NCBI GenBank assembly: GCA_048938445.1
Contig: JBHLME010000007.1
Span: forward strand, 1 to 61,000
Length of the DNA: 61,000 bases
Direction: 5' to 3'
From: Promethearchaeota archaeon
Lineage (GTDB): Archaea > Asgardarchaeota > Lokiarchaeia > Sigyniarchaeales > SOKP01
The position numbers and the translations under genes are program-made. This document shows, in pieces, positions 10,804-21,604 of the stretch. How positions within the stretch are numbered: the first letter of the stretch is position 1; each line of letters begins with the position of its first letter. The notes below the pieces were generated by a model, which saw only the letters and a program-made list of their open reading frames with translations, searched no databases and was not told the DNA's origin.

Positions 10804-11553
10804 TTATTCTTTATCATGTAATAATCTTGCGTTAGTAATGATCATCTTGTCTGTAAGCTTTACTGTATATTTTTTTGACTCCAAGTATTTCTTTAACTCC
10901 GCACCAACATTCTTAATTTTTTCTTTATCATCTTCGGGAGTTATTATTAACTCAAGTACGGTATGAGCTGATTTAAACGCATCATCTTTTAAACTTTCAT
11001 CTAAAGGTTTAATTATTATATTGTCAGCGCCCGCAATTTTTCCGATTTTCTTTATTTCTGATTCTAAAGGGCCAATAGCAAAAAATTCATGATTTTTAGC
11101 CTCAAATTTTTCTGCAACTATAGCTTCTAATGCATTTCTAGTTACTTGATCATAAAAAGCCGTTAATTCTTGACTGCTAATAGCTCTATATTTTCCAGAT
11201 ATCAGTGATTCCTTATCTTTAATGAAATCAATAAAAATATCAAAATAATTATCATCAATTTTTTCAAAGTTTTCTACATGTCTCACAAAATCAGTTAAAT
11301 TATCGATGAGATCATAATAAAATTTCAATTTTGACTTGATATCAAGTTTATCACGCATTTCTTTTATTTCAGGGTAATATTTTTTTAAGATTAAATTGAT
11401 TTGTTTAGTAATATTTGCACAAGTCAAGGCAAAATCATCCACGTGCTTGATTGACCTTTCTTTCATTAATTCAAATAATTTCTCATCCAGCACTGTCAAT
11501 CCACTGAAAATTTCATTGATTTTTTCTAAATACTTTTTCTCGATGTAAGACAA
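10804..11553 (-). CDS. Hypothetical protein
   Basis: 249-aa ORF with TTG start and protein-like composition; no motif recognised. Confidence 0.7.
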   Translation of the reverse strand: MSYIEKKYLEKINEIFSGLTVLDEKLFELMKERSIKHVDDFALTCANITKQINLILKKYYPEIKEMRDKLDIKSKLKFYYDLIDNLTDFVRHVENFEKIDDNYFDIFIDFIKDKESLISGKYRAISSQELTAFYDQVTRNALEAIVAEKFEAKNHEFFAIGPLESEIKKIGKIAGADNIIIKPLDESLKDDAFKSAHTVLELIITPEDDKEKIKNVGAELKKYLESKKYTVKLTDKMIITNARLLHDKE

Positions 11554-11690
11554 GTTCTCATACCTGATTTTTTAATTACCTCTATAAAAATGATAAAAGC
11601 ACACCCTTAAATTATTAATGAAAAGAAAAAATTCTTATATTCATGTTTCAAATGAGAAATTTATTTAAAAAGTAATCGATAACTAATGGT

Positions 11691-12038
11691 ATGACGCAAG
11701 AAATAGTATATAATTATATTGATGGTAATGGGAATAAGTTTGTTATTAAAGCGAAGTCTATTGAGTATAATCCCGTGAAACCCGCATTTAGTTCAAGCGG
11801 ATTATATGATGGAGGAGATTATGTAAAGAAAAAAATTACTAATGTTCAATATGATGAAATTATTGCAATAATCAATGAAGCCGTAAGAAAAAAAGAATAT
11901 CACATTAAAAATCGAGTAAAATTGAGTGGTATGATCATTATAAACGATGGATCTAATGAAAAAATCTATATCTTAGCTCCCCTTTCAGAACATGTTATTA
12001 ATATAGAAAAAAAGTTAAAAAAGATAGTTAATATTTAA
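11691..12038 (+). CDS. Hypothetical protein
   Basis: 115-aa ATG ORF filling the gap between flanking genes; contains YIDGNGN and SSSGLYDGG. Confidence 0.7.
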   Translation: MTQEIVYNYIDGNGNKFVIKAKSIEYNPVKPAFSSSGLYDGGDYVKKKITNVQYDEIIAIINEAVRKKEYHIKNRVKLSGMIIINDGSNEKIYILAPLSEHVINIEKKLKKIVNI

Positions 12039-12149
12039 TCTCATTTGATTAAAAAAAAGAGATTATATTTTAAATGACTCAAAAAATAATAACCGAATAA
12101 TCAAGATAATATAAAATTATTCCAACTTAATAAGATTTTTTTATCTAGA

Positions 12150-13010
12150 TTACTGTAAATAATTTACTAGATTTTTTATTGCTGTACAGGTTTTTTTAAA
12201 ATCTGATAAGTAATTTGAAACTTGAAAAACCGTCAAATCTTTATAGGGGTAAAATATCGTTGAAACGTCATTTTTACTTTTAAATTTAAAAATTCCCATA
12301 TCCACAGCACCAAAATGAAGAATACCTTTCATAGCTTGTCGTAACTTCTTATTATCATTTAAATTATTAACAAAAGGTTGATCTAATATTCCATAAGCAT
12401 TTAATGTTTCACGACACGATCCTAATTGAGAAGTTGTTTCCACCGAAAGACAGTATTTAAGTAACATATCTATAATAAAATTCATTTCTATTATGTCTTT
12501 TAAAGAAGAATCTGGAAGTTTTTCAACGATTTTATTAATAAGGATTTCTAAACTGTTCTCTCTTTCTAATAAAGGTGCAAAAAAATAGTCTCCTCCCTTA
12601 TGTCTTTCCCAGGAGCATGCTCTTCCATAAATAAAAGGAATGGGGATGCGAAAGTTTAAAACTCCCGTCCAAGTAGAGACAATCCCATAACTTATCTTAA
12701 GTGGAATGCGGATGTTCCTATATATTAACTTAAGTATGTTCCCATTATTATTAAAGACTATTTTTATCTTATCTTCATAAATTGCTCTAATATGATTAAT
12801 CTCTTTATTAATTTTTTTCAGTTCTTTTTTTGATTTATCAGCTTTTAGGCCTTCTAATTCTTCAATTGCTTTACTAAAGTTCAATCCGTAAATAACATGT
12901 TCTGGAGGATTTTCAATTTCAAATCCAGAAATATATGATTTGATGACTTTTTGAGCAAGATCGTCTTGAGATTCGGTCAAGAATTCATTATCAAATTCTA
13001 ATTCTTCCAT
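12150..13010 (-). CDS. Hypothetical protein
   Basis: 286-aa ATG ORF; no motif recognised. Confidence 0.7.
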   Translation of the reverse strand: MEELEFDNEFLTESQDDLAQKVIKSYISGFEIENPPEHVIYGLNFSKAIEELEGLKADKSKKELKKINKEINHIRAIYEDKIKIVFNNNGNILKLIYRNIRIPLKISYGIVSTWTGVLNFRIPIPFIYGRACSWERHKGGDYFFAPLLERENSLEILINKIVEKLPDSSLKDIIEMNFIIDMLLKYCLSVETTSQLGSCRETLNAYGILDQPFVNNLNDNKKLRQAMKGILHFGAVDMGIFKFKSKNDVSTIFYPYKDLTVFQVSNYLSDFKKTCTAIKNLVNYLQ

Positions 13011-13191
13011 AATTATATATACTCACATTTAATATTTGTCTTTTTTAAATTAATTCTCTATACTTTAAAAAATTAATTTACTTTGAATGTAAAGTATTAA
13101 TAAAAGGATAATGAATATAGAATTTTTATATTAAAATTAAAGAAAAAAACTAGAATTAAATCCCTTTTAGGAATATTTTATAGTTGCTTCC

Positions 13192-14109
13192 TTACAACTT
13201 GTTTTTTATCTGTTTGCTTCGTGAACGTAGAGTGACCTCGGTGACTTTAGCTACTTCACTTACTTCGGCTTGTGTTTTGCGGCAATTGCTTGCCTTAGCG
13301 GCCATATAAATGACTGAAGCGGCTAATCCCTTTGGATCCTTGCCAGTTCGAAGTAATCCGTTCTTGCTTGCTTGAACGAGCATGTTGATTGCCATCTTTT
13401 GCGTTTCCATTGGTAAATCAAGATCATTTCCAAATCGAAATACTAATTGTTCCGCGGTGATCGGCTTGTATTTCAAGTTAAGTTCAGGTAATACCTCCTT
13501 TACCACCATGCCCAAACTGCGGTGAACAGTTCTCCTTGGAGTCATTGATGCTTCGCATACTTCTTCAAGTAATCGTGGAAATTCATGAACTCTAATTGCT
13601 GCATAGAGAGATGCGGCGATGAAACCATCAATGGATCGACCCATTGTTAATTTCTTTTTTGCCACTACTGAATATATCTTCCATGAAGTTTCCTTAATGT
13701 ATTCCGGAACATTCAATTTGGAAGTAAGCATTTTTAATTTTGGCTTGGCTTCCCAGAAATTTCTTTCAATGCTAGAAATTAGTGAATTTTGAATTTTTGA
13801 TAATCTTGAAAATAAAGTCTTACCTTTAGCACCAATTAATCTACCTTTTGAATCAATCTTAGAGTTTGGGAGCATCGTTCGTGGTCCAAATTCTCTCCAT
13901 CGGGGCTCAGTTCGCCTGCGTTTGTTTACTTCTTCAACTGTATACGCACGTCTTTCATTCCCGACGAGATTACGGCCGATAATCATCCCACAATTCAAGC
14001 AAACATTATCCCCATCTCTAGATTCAACCGATGGATTGTCGCAACAGATCTCGGATTCCTCTGATGAACGTGTGTTCATTCGAAGTCGTTCCTTGTAGTT
14101 GTATGACAT
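13192..14109 (-). CDS. tfb: Transcription initiation factor IIB
   Basis: Zn ribbon (CCDN...CLNCG), two cyclin repeats (GRSIDGFIAASLY...PRLLEEV; GKDPKGLAASVIY), TQAEVSEVAKVTEVTLRSR. ATG at 14109 (GTG alternative at 14118). Confidence 0.95.
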   Translation of the reverse strand: MSYNYKERLRMNTRSSEESEICCDNPSVESRDGDNVCLNCGMIIGRNLVGNERRAYTVEEVNKRRRTEPRWREFGPRTMLPNSKIDSKGRLIGAKGKTLFSRLSKIQNSLISSIERNFWEAKPKLKMLTSKLNVPEYIKETSWKIYSVVAKKKLTMGRSIDGFIAASLYAAIRVHEFPRLLEEVCEASMTPRRTVHRSLGMVVKEVLPELNLKYKPITAEQLVFRFGNDLDLPMETQKMAINMLVQASKNGLLRTGKDPKGLAASVIYMAAKASNCRKTQAEVSEVAKVTEVTLRSRSKQIKNKL

Positions 14110-14237
14110 TTTTATCACTTCTTTACATTTTTGATGTATATGTTTTCGGATGCATTTAATTTTTTTATTCTTAGAATGTCAATGATCAAAATCGATACTT
14201 CATAATTGGTTTTCTACATAATTAGTGTCAAATTCCA

Positions 14238-14245
14238 TATATAAA
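14238..14245 (-). promoter_or_regulatory. Possible TATA box for tfb
   Basis: TTTATATA on the minus strand about 130 nt upstream of the tfb ATG. The AT-rich background makes this weak. Confidence 0.3.
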
Positions 14246-14492
14246 TTTATCAATTTTTTTTTATAATCATTTACTTTTTCTTAAATAAATTATAAATCAC
14301 TTTAGTATTTAAATGTACCATACTTAATTTTTGTTGTAACGCCGTAAAACAGACTATAAATGGGAAAAAAATGGGAAAATAATTTACGCTTGTATGAAAA
14401 TCTTTAACAAATTTGTAGAGAAATAGTAAGAAAAAATGGATAAATGATCAATCTCGATAATTTATTCTTAGTAAATTTTACAAATTCCTATA

Positions 14493-16217
14493 TTAATGGA
14501 TGATTTCTCTTACCTTTTCAAAAATATAATTCGTTTTAACACCAGCAGGGCATTTAACCAAGCATAGGCCACATAAAGTACATGCATGAAATATTTCATT
14601 AATGAGCTCATTCAATTTTAATTCTCCATGAACTAAACCATTTAAAATACTTAATCTGCCCCTGGGACTATAGGCTTCTTGTAAATAATGGATTTTAGAT
14701 GGACATGACACCGTACAAAACCCGCATCTCATGCAATTCAATTCAAGCAACTTTTTAGGTTGATTTTTAAGTTTTCTAATACCTCTAATTTTATGGATTT
14801 TCCTGGAATCTCCCTTTCCAATGCCAGGGTTTAAAATACAATTTGGATCAAACAAATTTTTGATGTTTTTCATCATTTCTACTACATGTTTTCCATGTTC
14901 TAATTCAAGATAAGGAGACTTGATTTTTCCTATTCCATGCTCTCCAGTTAGCGTACCTCCAGCAGGTAGTATTATTTCTTTATATAAATAATCAATTGCT
15001 TTTTCAAATTCTTTAACGTCATTCTCATTATTTTCATTAAATAAGAATGTAGGATGTAAATTTCCTTCCATGTGGCAAATTAGAGTTACTTTAAGATTTT
15101 TTGCACTGATTTTAGAGGGGATATCCCAGATTTTTTTTACAATATCAACAAAATCAGTAATTTGAATAGTACAATCCTCTACACAGCAAGTAGGAGCTAA
15201 TCGAGATAATGCAGGTAGATTTGATTTTCGAGCATTTATTAACCTATCTCTTTCTTCTAACGTATTAGCTGTTTTATAAAAAATTGGATTTCTCTTTTTG
15301 ATTAATTCTAAAATAACTACAAATTCTTCCTTAACAGCTTCCAAATTATTACCATCTACTTCTGCTATCAAGACATGTCCTACAGGATAACTTGAGAATT
15401 CCCCACCTAAATATTCATAGACTGCGGTTATCGTAGATTTATCCAAATATTCTAATAAATTCGTTACTATTCCTTTTTTTCTTAATTCCATTGAGATATC
15501 TGCGATATCTTCAATATTTTCAAATATAAAAAAGCCTAACTTTCTTTCTTTTGGAAATGGGCGAATTTTCAATCCAATTTTAGTTATTATTCCTAGTGTT
15601 CCTTCTGATCCAATAAATAAGTCTTTTAAGTTGTATGAAGAAACTGACTTTAAGACTCTTGTTCCTAATTTTATAATTTCTCCATTCGGTAATGCTACTT
15701 CAATATATAAAACATAGTTTTTTGTAACTCCATATTTGAAAGCTTGTACCCCTCCAGCATTACCCGCAACCATTCCCCCGATAGTTGCGACAGAGCTAGA
15801 ACCAGGATCCGGTGGAAAAAAATACCCTTTAAGTTTTAATTCTTCATTCAAATCGTCGCAAATTACACCAGGCTCCAACTCAACTATGTTATTTTCAATA
15901 CTTATCTTAAGTATTTTATTCATTTGACTCAGGTCAATTACAATACCTTTATATGGAGTCATAGTACCTGCAGATAAACTGGTACCACTTCCTCGAGGTG
16001 TTACCGGGATTTTATGTTCATTTGCTAATTTTAAAATTTTAGAGATTTGATTTGCAGATTGAGGGAGTAATACGACATCTGGAATCCATTCTTTGTAAAA
16101 TATAGAACCCCCAAAAGCATAAGTCCACCTTATTTCGAATTCATCAAAATAATACTCTTTTCCAACTATATCTTTTAATTGAAGTAATAAATTCTCAGAT
16201 AATTCATTATAGGTCAT
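14493..16217 (-). CDS. GlcD/D-lactate dehydrogenase-like FAD-linked oxidoreductase with fused 2x[4Fe-4S] domain
   Basis: PRGSGTSL, FPPDPGS, TIGGMVAGNAGG, FIGSEGTLGIIT, GNLHP, GEHGIG, LNPG. C-terminal CMRCGFCTVSC and CTLCGLCLVKC. Confidence 0.9.
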   Translation of the reverse strand: MTYNELSENLLLQLKDIVGKEYYFDEFEIRWTYAFGGSIFYKEWIPDVVLLPQSANQISKILKLANEHKIPVTPRGSGTSLSAGTMTPYKGIVIDLSQMNKILKISIENNIVELEPGVICDDLNEELKLKGYFFPPDPGSSSVATIGGMVAGNAGGVQAFKYGVTKNYVLYIEVALPNGEIIKLGTRVLKSVSSYNLKDLFIGSEGTLGIITKIGLKIRPFPKERKLGFFIFENIEDIADISMELRKKGIVTNLLEYLDKSTITAVYEYLGGEFSSYPVGHVLIAEVDGNNLEAVKEEFVVILELIKKRNPIFYKTANTLEERDRLINARKSNLPALSRLAPTCCVEDCTIQITDFVDIVKKIWDIPSKISAKNLKVTLICHMEGNLHPTFLFNENNENDVKEFEKAIDYLYKEIILPAGGTLTGEHGIGKIKSPYLELEHGKHVVEMMKNIKNLFDPNCILNPGIGKGDSRKIHKIRGIRKLKNQPKKLLELNCMRCGFCTVSCPSKIHYLQEAYSPRGRLSILNGLVHGELKLNELINEIFHACTLCGLCLVKCPAGVKTNYIFEKVREIIH

Positions 16218-16250
16218 AATTTTTAATTTAGGTCATTTTAATTATTAATA

Positions 16251-17141
16251 TTAGGCATCCAATGTACTAAATTCATTACCTTTAAATCCCCATGATTTTA
16301 AGATGTTTTCTGCACCATTTATTTTATCTTCTATGAATTCTTTTACCGATACAATTGAATCGCAATGACCAACTGCCATAGAATGAATTGGACTATCTTT
16401 CAAGGTCAAATGAAATATTTTCTTGTAGAATTTTTCATCAAAGATATCTTGATTGATGCATCTCTTTTTCCATGAATTTGGAGCTAAACTTTCTCTTGTT
16501 GCAATAATAGCACTACCAAAACATACAGCATCTGCACCCATTGCTAATGCTGCTAAAAAACCGCGTGCATCACCAATGCCCCCAGCGGCAATAATGGGTA
16601 TTTTTAACATCTTTTTTGCCATGGTCATATTGATGAGAGTCGTGTTTTGAAAAGGATTTTTGAATCCCGTTCCCTCGAGTCCAACAAGCGTGATGGCATC
16701 TGCACCCGCTTTTTCAGCAGATAATGCATGTTTCATAGTTGAACATTTATGAAACCAATAGCACCCTGCTTTATGTAATTTTTTACCGATATTAGTAGCT
16801 TGATAGGCTGATGTAGTAAAAATTTTGATACCTTCCTCAATTGCTATATCCACGAAATCCATGTAAGATTTTTCATCACGACCGTGTCCTAATTTTTCAA
16901 TCATGAATGGTGGCATGACGGAAAAATTCACTCCGAAGGGTTTATCTGTTAATTTTTTCATTTTTTTTAGTTCATTTTGAAATTCTTCATTAGTATTATA
17001 GTTTAATGCCGTTATAATACCAAATCCACCGGCATTTGAAAAAGCTGCAGCAAATTCTGCTTTTCCAATCATGGCAAAAGCACCCATCATTATGGGATAT
17101 TTAACATTTAGCATTTTAGTAATTTTAGTATTCCATATCAT
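16251..17141 (-). CDS. Nitronate monooxygenase / FabK-like flavin oxidoreductase
   Basis: KYPIMMG, SNAGGFG, TDKPFGVN, GADAI...G.EG, PIIAAGGIGDARG...ALAMGADAV..G. Confidence 0.88.
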   Translation of the reverse strand: MIWNTKITKMLNVKYPIMMGAFAMIGKAEFAAAFSNAGGFGIITALNYNTNEEFQNELKKMKKLTDKPFGVNFSVMPPFMIEKLGHGRDEKSYMDFVDIAIEEGIKIFTTSAYQATNIGKKLHKAGCYWFHKCSTMKHALSAEKAGADAITLVGLEGTGFKNPFQNTTLINMTMAKKMLKIPIIAAGGIGDARGFLAALAMGADAVCFGSAIIATRESLAPNSWKKRCINQDIFDEKFYKKIFHLTLKDSPIHSMAVGHCDSIVSVKEFIEDKINGAENILKSWGFKGNEFSTLDA

Positions 17142-17273
17142 TGCTACTCAAATTCAAGCTTTTATGTATCTCCTTAAATTAATAAATACATGTTATTTTA
17201 TATTTACTAGAGGATACTTATTTTAAAAACGTTTGATTTATAATTACATATAAAAATTTTTTTTGAGATTTTC

Positions 17274-17684
17274 ATGGTTAAGGTAATACAAGATCTCTGG
17301 ATACTTACAGAAGATGGAATTGGCGTGTTTAGCCGAATTCAAGATGAAAAATTAAATGAGCAACTATTTTCAATGTTGCTAAGTGCTTTAAATTCATTTG
17401 CAGAAGAAATATCTTCAGGAGGATTATCTAATTTTGAATTGAGTAACAAGCGCTTCAGTATCGTCAAACGTAATTCCTTTATTTTTGTAGTGAGTTCATC
17501 ACCGAAAACAAAAGAAAAGAAGGCAATTGATGAATTAGAAGTTATAATTAACAAGTTTTTTAAGAAATTTGGGGAAGCTTTAAAAACTTGGAATAATAAT
17601 ATCTCCCTTTTTGAAGGTTTTGAATCAGATATAGATGATTCGTTAGAAGATACGATTAAAAAATTTCAAAATGCGTTTTGGTAA
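17274..17684 (+). CDS. Longin-like domain protein
   Basis: 136 aa with a beta-beta-alpha-beta-beta-beta-alpha pattern (LWILTEDGIGVF; LFSMLLSALNSFAEEI; FIFVVSS; LEVIINKFFKKF), typical of Asgard longin/roadblock-like proteins. Confidence 0.65.
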   Translation: MVKVIQDLWILTEDGIGVFSRIQDEKLNEQLFSMLLSALNSFAEEISSGGLSNFELSNKRFSIVKRNSFIFVVSSSPKTKEKKAIDELEVIINKFFKKFGEALKTWNNNISLFEGFESDIDDSLEDTIKKFQNAFW

Positions 17685-17789
17685 TTTAATCTTTTTCCTT
17701 TCTTATTTATGTTTTATAGAAATAAAATTTAAGATTAAGACATTCTTTTAATTTATTTAGATATCAAATAAAAAAATAAAGGATTCTTA

Positions 17790-18140
17790 ATGAATCAAAA
17801 TAATCCTAATTTTAAAGACCAAGAATTGAATAAAACTTCGTCAATTAATACTGAAGAAAAGGCTGAAAAAAGAATGACTGAAAAAATCAACTTATTATCT
17901 TCAGAACAAATAAACCAATTTATTAATAAATTATCATCTCCGGGATTTTTAGGTTCAATTCATTTAAAAAAAGAAACTGGTCAAAATCCTAGCTTAGTAA
18001 AGAGTCTATTGTATAAAAATCTTGAAACTAATCTGACTAAATCATTAAAAAATCCATTAAATTATCCAGTGACACGATTTTTAATATTACTAATGATACT
18101 TTTTAATATATTATGGATTTTATTTTTCTATATACTATAG
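17790..18140 (+). CDS. Small tail-anchored membrane protein
   Basis: Hydrophilic body and a single C-terminal hydrophobic helix (FLILLMILFNILWILFFYIL). Confidence 0.65.
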   Translation: MNQNNPNFKDQELNKTSSINTEEKAEKRMTEKINLLSSEQINQFINKLSSPGFLGSIHLKKETGQNPSLVKSLLYKNLETNLTKSLKNPLNYPVTRFLILLMILFNILWILFFYIL

Positions 18141-18296
18141 TAATGAATTTCAAGATATTTTTTTTAAGAATTTTTATCTCTATCAATTATAGAAAAAATC
18201 TTTATCAATATCTATAAATTTTAATGAGATACACTAATAGTATAATTATCAAAAAACATGTTTTTAAAATAAAAGAGCTTTTAGGTTTAATAATTT

Positions 18297-19760
18297 TTGA
18301 TTTACGACGTCATTATTATTGGAGGAGGCGTGATTGGTTGTTGTATTGCTCGCACGCTTTCTAAATATGATATTTCTGTTGCACTTTTAGAGAAAGAAGC
18401 CGATATTGCTTCAGGAACAACTAAAGCAAATTCTGGTGTTGTACATGCTGGATATGCAGCAGATAGAAAGTATATAAAGCGTAGTTTATGTATAAGAGGC
18501 AATCAGTTATATACAAAAGCTCATAAGGAATTACAATTTCCTTTTAAAAGAATAGGTTCGTTTGTAGTTGCTTTAGAAGATGAACAAATCGAACATTTAG
18601 ATGAATACAAGCGACTTGGCACTCAAGATGGTGTACCCGGATTAGAATTAATACTAGATAAAGAAAAGATCCTCAAGATGGAACCTAATTTGACACCTGA
18701 AGTAAAAGGTGTCTTGTATGCTCCATCTGCGGGAATAGTAAGTCCCTACGAATTAACTTTTGCTTTAGCAGATAATGCTGCAATGAATGGTGTAAAGTTT
18801 TTTCGAAATCAAGAAGTTATTAAAATAAGACATCAAGATTATATATTTAATATAAAAACCAGAACAGATGAATTTAAAGGAAATCATCTAATTAATGCTG
18901 CGGGTCTTAATTCTTCAAACATTTCTAAAATGTTAGGATTGGATTATTTTGATATCATACCAAGAAAGGGAGAATATATCTTATTCGACAGAAATCAATT
19001 ACACCTAAATAAAATTTTATTTCCCTCCCCCACAAAAGTATCCAAGGGAATACTCGTATGTCCAACCTTACATGGTAATGTATTTGTTGGACCTAATGCA
19101 CAAAACATTGTGGATATTGAAGACCTTTCCACTACCACGGCAGGTTTAAAAGAAGTGTTAGAAGGAGGACAAAAACTAGTACCGAACTTGCCAATAAGAA
19201 GTTCAATCAGAAATTTTGCTGGTTTAAGGGCTGTTCCAGATACCATGGATTTTATTATAGATAATACTGATGTATATGGATTTATCAATGTAGCGGGAAT
19301 TCTCTCTCCTGGATTGACTTCTTGCTTTTCCATCGCTGAGAGAGTTGAGGAGTTTCTTGAATTATTAGGACTTGAAATGAAAATAAAGGAAGATTATAAT
19401 CCCAACCGACCAAAACCTGAACACTTTATTAATCTCTCAAGGGAACAAATCGATAAAAAAATTAAGAATAATCCCGCATGGGGAAGAATTGTGTGTCGTT
19501 GTGAGTCGGTTGCAGAACAAGAAATAATCAACGCAATACACGCACCAGTTGGAGCAAGAACGGTAGATGGTGTGAAATTTCGATGTAGACCGGGAATGGG
19601 GCGATGTCAAGGGGGTTTCTGTAGACCTAGAGTAATGGAAATATTATCGAGAGAGCTAAAAATTCCATATGAAGAAATCACTAAAAGAGGAGAAGACACG
19701 AATATAGTAATTGGTAAGACAAAAGATAGAATATTAAGAAAGATTGAATGGGGGAGATAA
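18297..19760 (+). CDS. FAD-dependent glycerol-3-phosphate dehydrogenase-type subunit with C-terminal BFD-like [2Fe-2S] domain
   Basis: IIGGGVIG, GTTKANSGVVHAG, PRKGEY, FAGLRA, SPGLTS. C-terminal CRCE...GRCQGGFC. Confidence 0.85.
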   Translation: MIYDVIIIGGGVIGCCIARTLSKYDISVALLEKEADIASGTTKANSGVVHAGYAADRKYIKRSLCIRGNQLYTKAHKELQFPFKRIGSFVVALEDEQIEHLDEYKRLGTQDGVPGLELILDKEKILKMEPNLTPEVKGVLYAPSAGIVSPYELTFALADNAAMNGVKFFRNQEVIKIRHQDYIFNIKTRTDEFKGNHLINAAGLNSSNISKMLGLDYFDIIPRKGEYILFDRNQLHLNKILFPSPTKVSKGILVCPTLHGNVFVGPNAQNIVDIEDLSTTTAGLKEVLEGGQKLVPNLPIRSSIRNFAGLRAVPDTMDFIIDNTDVYGFINVAGILSPGLTSCFSIAERVEEFLELLGLEMKIKEDYNPNRPKPEHFINLSREQIDKKIKNNPAWGRIVCRCESVAEQEIINAIHAPVGARTVDGVKFRCRPGMGRCQGGFCRPRVMEILSRELKIPYEEITKRGEDTNIVIGKTKDRILRKIEWGR

Positions 19761-19766
19761 AACTCA

Positions 19767-21095
19767 TTGAAGAATTACAACACTGATGTGGCAATTATTG
19801 GTGGGGGTTCAGCGGGATTGGCAGCCGCTATAGTTATTAAGAAAGCAGGATTAAATGCCTTGATAATTGAGAGAGATAGGGAACTAGGTGGTATAACTCT
19901 TCAATGCATACATAATGGGTTCGGAATTCATGAATTTAAAGAAGAATTGACAGGTCCAGAATTCGTGCAACGATTCATTAATGAAGCAATAAAGCTTGAC
20001 ATCCCCTATAAACTAGATACGATGGTCATAAAAATAGAGAAAAATAAAACAATTTATGCTGTAAGTAATAAAGAAGGGCTCATTAAAATCAAACCTAAAG
20101 CCATCATTCTGGCCATGGGGTGCCGTGAGAGGACGAGAGGAAATATTAATATGCCTGGATTCAGACCAGCAGGAATATACACTGCTGGACAAGCTCAAAG
20201 ATTCGTGAATGTGGAGGGATATTTACCAGGAAATACTTATGTTATCTTAGGTAGTGGTGATATTGGGATGATTATGGCTCGAAGATTAACTTGGGAAGGT
20301 TGTAAAGTTCAAGCAGTAGTGGAAATTCAACCATATGTAAGTGGACTTTTAAGAAATGAAGTGCAATGCCTTGAAGATTATGATATTCCCCTAATAACAA
20401 GTTATACTGTGACGAAAATACATGGAAGACATAGAGTAAAAGGTGTAACGATTTCTAAGGTTGATAGGCGATTTGATAGGATAATCGGAACAGACAGATT
20501 TATCGAGTGTGATACTCTATTATTATCAGTTGGGCTCATACCTGAAAATGAATTAACTCAAAATGCAGGTGCGAACATCTCCCAAAATGGTGGGCCTATA
20601 GTTGATAATAATTTAGAAACAACAATCGATGGGATCTTTGCTTGTGGAAATGTATTACAAGTGCACGATTTAGTTGATTTAGTGGTTGCTGAAGCAAAAA
20701 GAGCTGGATTTAATGCTATTGACTATGTTCAAAATAGATATGGTAAGGACTTAGGAAAAAAAGAGCAAATAATATGTCAACCAGGAGAAAATGTTAATTA
20801 TGTTAAGCCAGATTTAATTAACAAATCTGAGATTTCGAAAGATATAATCTTCTCATTGAGGGTAAAAAGACCTGATAGAAGAATCCTAATCCAATTTAAG
20901 GATGAGAATAACAAAGTTGTATATAAAAGAAAGAAGCGATATGTAATTCCTAGTGAAATGATCGAGTTAAATTTAAATTTAGAAGAGATTGGATTAATTA
21001 GTGATTGTAATAACTTAATAATTGAAGTAATACCTCAACCAGAAGTATTGATTGATAATAAAGAAGAATTTGAAAGGTGGAGGTCGGACGTGTAA
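19767..21095 (+). CDS. Pyridine nucleotide-disulphide (NAD(P)/FAD) oxidoreductase, partner of the G3PDH-type subunit
   Basis: IIGGGSAGLAAA, QCIHNGFG, ELTGPE, AMGCRER, ILGSGDIG, FACGNVLQVHDLVD. Starts 6 nt after the previous gene. Confidence 0.88.
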   Translation: MKNYNTDVAIIGGGSAGLAAAIVIKKAGLNALIIERDRELGGITLQCIHNGFGIHEFKEELTGPEFVQRFINEAIKLDIPYKLDTMVIKIEKNKTIYAVSNKEGLIKIKPKAIILAMGCRERTRGNINMPGFRPAGIYTAGQAQRFVNVEGYLPGNTYVILGSGDIGMIMARRLTWEGCKVQAVVEIQPYVSGLLRNEVQCLEDYDIPLITSYTVTKIHGRHRVKGVTISKVDRRFDRIIGTDRFIECDTLLLSVGLIPENELTQNAGANISQNGGPIVDNNLETTIDGIFACGNVLQVHDLVDLVVAEAKRAGFNAIDYVQNRYGKDLGKKEQIICQPGENVNYVKPDLINKSEISKDIIFSLRVKRPDRRILIQFKDENNKVVYKRKKRYVIPSEMIELNLNLEEIGLISDCNNLIIEVIPQPEVLIDNKEEFERWRSDV

Positions 21096-21098
21096 ACT

Positions 21099-21479
21099 AT
21101 GTCAAAATCAATACCTGAAGGAGAAAAGACAGTACGATGCATTGTATGTCCTACGGGATGTGAAATTCATGTTAAAAATGTTAATGGCGAACTTATCGTA
21201 GAAGGGCATACATGTAAAAGAGGAGAAGAGTATGCTAAAGATGAATTCATTGCACCAAAAAGAATTTTAACATCAACAATGAGAGTAAATAATGGCCTTT
21301 TACCATTAATTCCAATTCGAACAAATCAACCAGTGTTAAAAGAGAAATTAAATGACATTTTGAAAGAAATTGCTGTTAAAGTTGTTGACGCACCAATCAA
21401 AATGGGTGACGTGCTCATAAAGGATGTACTTTCCCTAGGAGTTGACATTATTGCCAGTCGTGATTTAGTTAAAATATAA
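21099..21479 (+). CDS. DUF1667-type small Cys-containing protein (third gene of the operon)
   Basis: CIVCPTGC...C.RG..YA, P.R.LTST, APIKMGDV. Starts 3 nt after the previous gene. Confidence 0.85.
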   Translation: MSKSIPEGEKTVRCIVCPTGCEIHVKNVNGELIVEGHTCKRGEEYAKDEFIAPKRILTSTMRVNNGLLPLIPIRTNQPVLKEKLNDILKEIAVKVVDAPIKMGDVLIKDVLSLGVDIIASRDLVKI

Positions 21480-21604
21480 ATCAGTTTGTATAATAAAATT
21501 TAAAGTTCTAAGGAAATTTTTTTTAAACCTTAATCCTAATTTTTAGATATTAAGATTAATTTCTATAAATAAAAGTAAAATATAATGAACGTTTTGATTT
21601 TTGA

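Noticed and set aside
13192-14109. Locally higher GC in tfb as a sign of horizontal transfer
   Set aside because: It is a conserved core gene rich in Arg/Ala codons; amino-acid composition and codon bias are sufficient explanations.
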